Part shown: piece by piece, positions 27,888-32,007 of the stretch
How the letters are laid out: the number at the start of each line of letters is the position of its first letter
Numbering within the stretch: position 1 is the first letter of the stretch
Origin: Trichomonas gallinae
Taxonomy: Eukaryota
Assembly (NCBI GenBank): GCA_008369845.1
Contig: MRSU01004458.1
Coordinates: forward strand, 1 to 32,007
DNA length: 32,007 nucleotides
Direction: 5' to 3'
Notes under the pieces: model-generated
Database searches by the model: none
Told to the model about the DNA's origin: nothing
Seen by the model: the letters and a program-made list of their open reading frames with translations, nothing else
Translations under genes and position numbers: made by a program

Positions 27888-30134
27888 TTATGATTGATTT
27901 GCGAAAAATTGTTCTAAATTCGCACTAATATTTGCAAGTCTCTGATCAATTCCCAGGTCGTGATTTATAACTAAACTTATTCCAGTTAAATCCTGAACTC
28001 TTGGTTCAATTGCGTTGATTGTTTTCTTCGAATCAGAAATTGTTCTTCTCAGAGTCTTAACGAGCGGCTCAAGTGGATTCTCTGTCGTCTCCACCAAGCT
28101 CAGCATGAAGTCTATCGATTCCAGCATCGATTTCGATGACTGTTGTGCTCTAGTGATCTTTCTGAGTCTTTCTTCAGTATCCTTGAGGAATTTCGAGCTC
28201 GTTATCATCTCTGTCTGTAGTGTTTCGAATGATGTCTTTAGCTGTGCAATGTCTGACTCCAAAGTTGTGCTTTCGTGTAATCCGAACGTCTTCTTTATCG
28301 CTGTAGTTATTCCAGCGATGTCTCTCGCATGGTGTTGTGTTTCTGCTTCCAGTTTGTTGTTCATTATCGCGAGCTGCTCTTTAACATACATAACTGCGTT
28401 TGTAGGCAAGTTCTTCTCGTCAGGAAGAGAGAGTTTGAATTCGCCAATAATCGCATACAAGCTTTCTCTTAACTTCTTGATCTCTGAAGTTAATTCGTCG
28501 ATTTTGTTGTTCTGTGAAGTGACGTTTGAAGCCATATCGTTGTATTTTCTCAGCAATATTTGGACTTCTTCAACATACATGTCGCTTCCTAATAACTCTC
28601 TCAGTGTCTTGAAGATCTCTTCATTCTGCTGGCAGCTCAAGCATTTGTTTTTGGAAGCTTCTTCGAGCAGTGAATTTGCTTTTTCTATTATTTCGTCATC
28701 ATTCGTCGACATAATGTTTTCATCTGGGTTCCTCGACAAAACAGTGCAGACACTCGCCAAGCAAGATCTAAGTCCATTGACATTAGTATTATTTGTTAGC
28801 TCGTTCAGTTTCTCTTTAAGCTCTTTTATGGTTTGTTTTAAGATGAAATTTTGTGTTTTGACTTCGTTTGCGTCTTTCGAAGTTTCTTCGAGATTTTTCT
28901 CCATTTCGTCGTAAGTTAGTATTTTGGGTGCCTGCTCGTTTAGTTGAGCACTCATCTTGTTCATTTCTGTTGTGACTTGGTCTGATTTTTTGCGCAAAAC
29001 AGACATGAATTCATCAAAACGCTTTTTGTCTGTGATTCCTCGCTTAAAAGCAATGTGTGCACGGTGAACTATCTCTGTTAGGCTCATATCTACTAGGAAA
29101 TACTCGCCTTCACTGTCTATTATTGATTTTTTGGTGTTGTTTGAAGTATTCCGAGGAATTTCTTCTTCCTCTTCTTCAGGATGCGTTTCATTCAGTTTTT
29201 CTCGCAATTGTAGACTGTCAATCAGAACATTAATGAACTGATCAACGTCCATATATGCGTTGCTGATTGCCAACATATCTTCATTAAAAATAGTGAGCGA
29301 ATGTATCTGGAAAACAACTTCACAAATGCATGTATATATCTTGTTTCTGCTATTCTCATTCTCAGAGAACACAGTTGCAATCTTGGCGAAATCATTTGTA
29401 TAAGCAGCAGAAATGTCACGAGAAAGTACCTTTAACTCATCTGCAATAGCCTTTTCGTGGTATTTCTTTTCGACAGCAATGATAGCAAAGAAGTCTTGAA
29501 CTTTTCTTTGCAGATTCCAAACAACTTGTTGGAATTTTCTTGCTTTTTTGATATTTGTATCGTGCATGCCTGAATTATAGCCTTTGCTGTTGATAATCGA
29601 ATCAAGTGAATTTAAAACAACAGTAAAATTTTCTTCAATTGAATCTAAAATTAATTTTTCGCCGACTTCTTTAATTCTGTTTATGTGTTTGATTATTTTT
29701 TGCCATATATGTATGAATGGTATAGAAGATGCTTTGATTGATTGCGTTGTTAAAGAAATCGTTTTTATTCTGGAAATCGGAATTGCTGAACGGCCGGATT
29801 TAGTAAGCTGTTGGTAAAATTTCATGAAAAGTTCGTCTGTTTTTAGTGTTATTCCTTGTAAATCGTCGCGAATCGTTTTTGTTCCTCCTGTGTGATTTAA
29901 AAAGTCGGAAATCTTCTCTATAAACTGTCTGAAAAGCGGTTTTATGGTCCCTAGGGTGTCTTCCCCGTCAGGGTTTGGTATTAAGTTGTTGAAATCGAAA
30001 CTTTGTCTTATTCCTTTCGCTGTTCTGCTTTGGCGGGCTCTTGGACTGCCGAGGGCCGTCTGTGGGGCCGTCATCGCATGCATTGCTGAACCCGATCTTT
30101 TCTTTGGCTGAACTATTTTATCATGCGTAATCAT
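27888..30134 (-). CDS. Hypothetical coiled-coil protein, 748 aa
   Basis: Long ATG ORF; basic disordered N-terminus, helical middle, heptad-rich C-half with a CLSC motif. Confidence 0.88.
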   Translation of the reverse strand: MITHDKIVQPKKRSGSAMHAMTAPQTALGSPRARQSRTAKGIRQSFDFNNLIPNPDGEDTLGTIKPLFRQFIEKISDFLNHTGGTKTIRDDLQGITLKTDELFMKFYQQLTKSGRSAIPISRIKTISLTTQSIKASSIPFIHIWQKIIKHINRIKEVGEKLILDSIEENFTVVLNSLDSIINSKGYNSGMHDTNIKKARKFQQVVWNLQRKVQDFFAIIAVEKKYHEKAIADELKVLSRDISAAYTNDFAKIATVFSENENSRNKIYTCICEVVFQIHSLTIFNEDMLAISNAYMDVDQFINVLIDSLQLREKLNETHPEEEEEEIPRNTSNNTKKSIIDSEGEYFLVDMSLTEIVHRAHIAFKRGITDKKRFDEFMSVLRKKSDQVTTEMNKMSAQLNEQAPKILTYDEMEKNLEETSKDANEVKTQNFILKQTIKELKEKLNELTNNTNVNGLRSCLASVCTVLSRNPDENIMSTNDDEIIEKANSLLEEASKNKCLSCQQNEEIFKTLRELLGSDMYVEEVQILLRKYNDMASNVTSQNNKIDELTSEIKKLRESLYAIIGEFKLSLPDEKNLPTNAVMYVKEQLAIMNNKLEAETQHHARDIAGITTAIKKTFGLHESTTLESDIAQLKTSFETLQTEMITSSKFLKDTEERLRKITRAQQSSKSMLESIDFMLSLVETTENPLEPLVKTLRRTISDSKKTINAIEPRVQDLTGISLVINHDLGIDQRLANISANLEQFFANQS

Positions 30135-30841
30135 TTTTTGATACGTTTTTTGGAATTTTTCGATAAAAATCTCAAAACAAGCTGATAAATAGCTGTTTAA
30201 TACTATTTTCGTTTATTTTCTCGCAAAATCTTGTTTTTTCATTTCTTACATTTTTTTGAAATTCACGGAACAAAAAAAGATGAATTTTCTCAAGATTTGA
30301 TGAATAATTTGATTAATTTCCATATGATTAATATAGATCAGTATTGGTAATATTATAATGATAAATCAAAATCACAAAATGACTGTAAAATAATGAGAAA
30401 AATTAATTTGAATTTCTAATGTGAAATATTAATGATGAACTACTCATATGATTATAATACAGCGTGCTCGCCATTATTGCCACACTGATATATCCCAAAT
30501 GTATTAAATAACAAAGGAAAAAAATAAAGTAAGCGCACAATCAGAATCGAAATCTAAATATTATTAATTTCTATGAGTATTTAATGTAAAATACAGTCGG
30601 TTCTTGTGTATTATGTTATGGATTTTCATTATGGCTACTCCAATTTTAGGTAGAAGCCTTTTGGAATATTGTTGCCAAAAAAATGAATTTTTTGTCATTT
30701 TTTTACATGACAAAAGTTTACATTAATTGATTTATTTTTTAATGGATAGGAAATACACAATTTTTATATTGGAATTAAGGTTTTGACATGTAATTTTTAA
30801 AATTTGAGAAATTTTTGTTTACATGGCATAATCATTTAAAT

Positions 30842-31403
30842 ATCTCATTTCATACAATTCCGACTCATGCACATCATATTATTGGCACTTCTGTCGATAA
30901 CATTTGGAAACTCGCACAATCACGACATTTAATCGCATTTTAAGATTTATATTATCGATATCCTGATAAAAAATGGTATTTTCTCGGTTATGACGATACA
31001 TTTCTGTTTCCAAGTGGAATACTTAAGAAATTAAACCAAATTGACTAAAAAGAACAAAAGATTTTGGGACATGAATTTTTTATCTTTCCAAATTTTAAAA
31101 TTCTTCCAATCAAAGAAGGAAAACTATGTCTTCTTTCAGGGAGGCGCTGGCTTCTTTGTAACGAATACAATGATGCATTTCATCGCTCCAAGAATTTTAA
31201 ATTGCTCAAAGTATTACGAAGCGTCCAATTTTGTGAGTGATATAAGAATTGCAGCATGTATTGACTTTTACACTAACATCACGAATTTTTCTCGACCATA
31301 TCAACATTATATTGATTAAACAAGTTTAATCAACGGAGAAATGACTGACCTTTTAATGATGAATTCGCTGAATTTGGATTCGGGATTTGCTCGCGAAAAG
31401 TGA
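30842..31403 (+). pseudogene. GT31 (Fringe/core-1 beta-1,3-galactosyltransferase-like) glycosyltransferase remnant
   Basis: From 30842: ...HLIAF*DLYYRYPDKKWYFLGYDDTFLFP...NQID*KEQKILG, then a frameshift near 31080 to YVFFQGGAGFFVT...SDIRIAACI. The KWY..DDT, GGAG and D..I..C motifs are in the GT31 order. Confidence 0.8.
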
Positions 31404-31546
31404 TACACAAAGATACTAAGATTTTATTTAAATGTTGTCAGGTAAATTGAATTTTTGTTAAGGAAATGTTTACATGACAATTTTTATAAAATTTTCTTTA
31501 TAATTTTATTCATTATACAATATTATATATGTTGTATAAAAATTAA

Positions 31547-31863
31547 TGACACGTAAACACAAAATTTTGATTAGGAAATACAGGGTTTGATAAGGAAAAA
31601 TTTATGTGGCAACAATATTCTGCCAAACATAACAATAAATTCTTTGTAATTTTATTCTATTATGTATTATGATAATATGTTAAGTTAAAAATATTGACAC
31701 GTAAATAGAAATTGTGATATGGAAAAATTTATGTGGCAACTGTTCATAAATTTTTGACAGACAAATTAAAATTTTCGTGGTAATTTTATTCTATTATGTA
31801 TTATGATGACATGTTAAGTGAAATTATTGACATGTAAACAGAAATTTTGATAAGTAAATTTAT
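31547..31863 (+). repeat. Tandem repeat, about 2.3 units of 133-148 bp
   Basis: Units begin TGACAYGTAAA at 31547, 31695, 31828. Units 1 and 2 share GGAAAAATTTATGTGGCAAC and GTAATTTTATTCTATTATGTATTATGAT. Confidence 0.88.
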
Positions 31864-32007
31864 CATTTGACAAGCGGATTCAAATTTGTCGATCTTCATA
31901 AATTTTCCCCATGATTTCGTAAAATTAATATACCGTATGTAAATTTTTGGGTCATTTTTGAATCTGACGGTCATCTCTCAATTTTATTGCAGGGGTTGGC
32001 AAGCAAT

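Noticed and set aside
28015..28914. 299-aa antisense ORF (also 4417-5049, 4695-5084 and the 19300-20272 overlaps)
   Set aside because: Shadow or alternate frames of biased or low-complexity real genes.
1..32007. Stop-codon reassignment to explain interrupted frames
   Set aside because: TAA, TAG and TGA all terminate apparently complete genes, and the GT31 remnant also has a frameshift.
1..32007. Autonomous transposon (Maverick, mariner, Mutator, Kolobok)
   Set aside because: No transposase, integrase or polymerase motifs recognised in any ORF.

Overview
AT-rich eukaryotic DNA, apparently intron-free, that looks like a trichomonad (Trichomonas-like parabasalid) chromosome segment. This is inferred from TCAYT initiators just before ATGs, AAAGTGAC and AGCGGTTT core-promoter motifs, stop codons overlapping TAAA, and the gene families present. 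The window opens with a tRNA-Ile(GAT). About 12 intact CDSs follow: Yip1-domain, reticulon-like, NDP-glucose 4,6-dehydratase, a small type-I membrane protein, homeodomain-like/WD40, Dsc3-like, bromodomain, an importin-beta-like HEAT protein, two coiled-coil proteins and two unknowns. Three further long ORFs have defective 5' ends (a PPP phosphatase and two GGA-motif surface proteins), and there are decayed ankyrin and GT31 glycosyltransferase remnants. The most notable unexplained signals are: (1) a dispersed TG(A/T/C)CA(C/T)GTAAA(CA) motif with about 20 intergenic copies, including a ~20-bp-phased array and clusters flanking a gene fragment; (2) a poly(T)/poly(A)-bounded cassette encoding a 42-aa putative secreted peptide absent from the ORF track; (3) a G34 Ile tRNA; (4) an intact phosphatase ORF with no in-frame AUG ahead of its catalytic motifs. 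All calls were made by eye, with no database searches.
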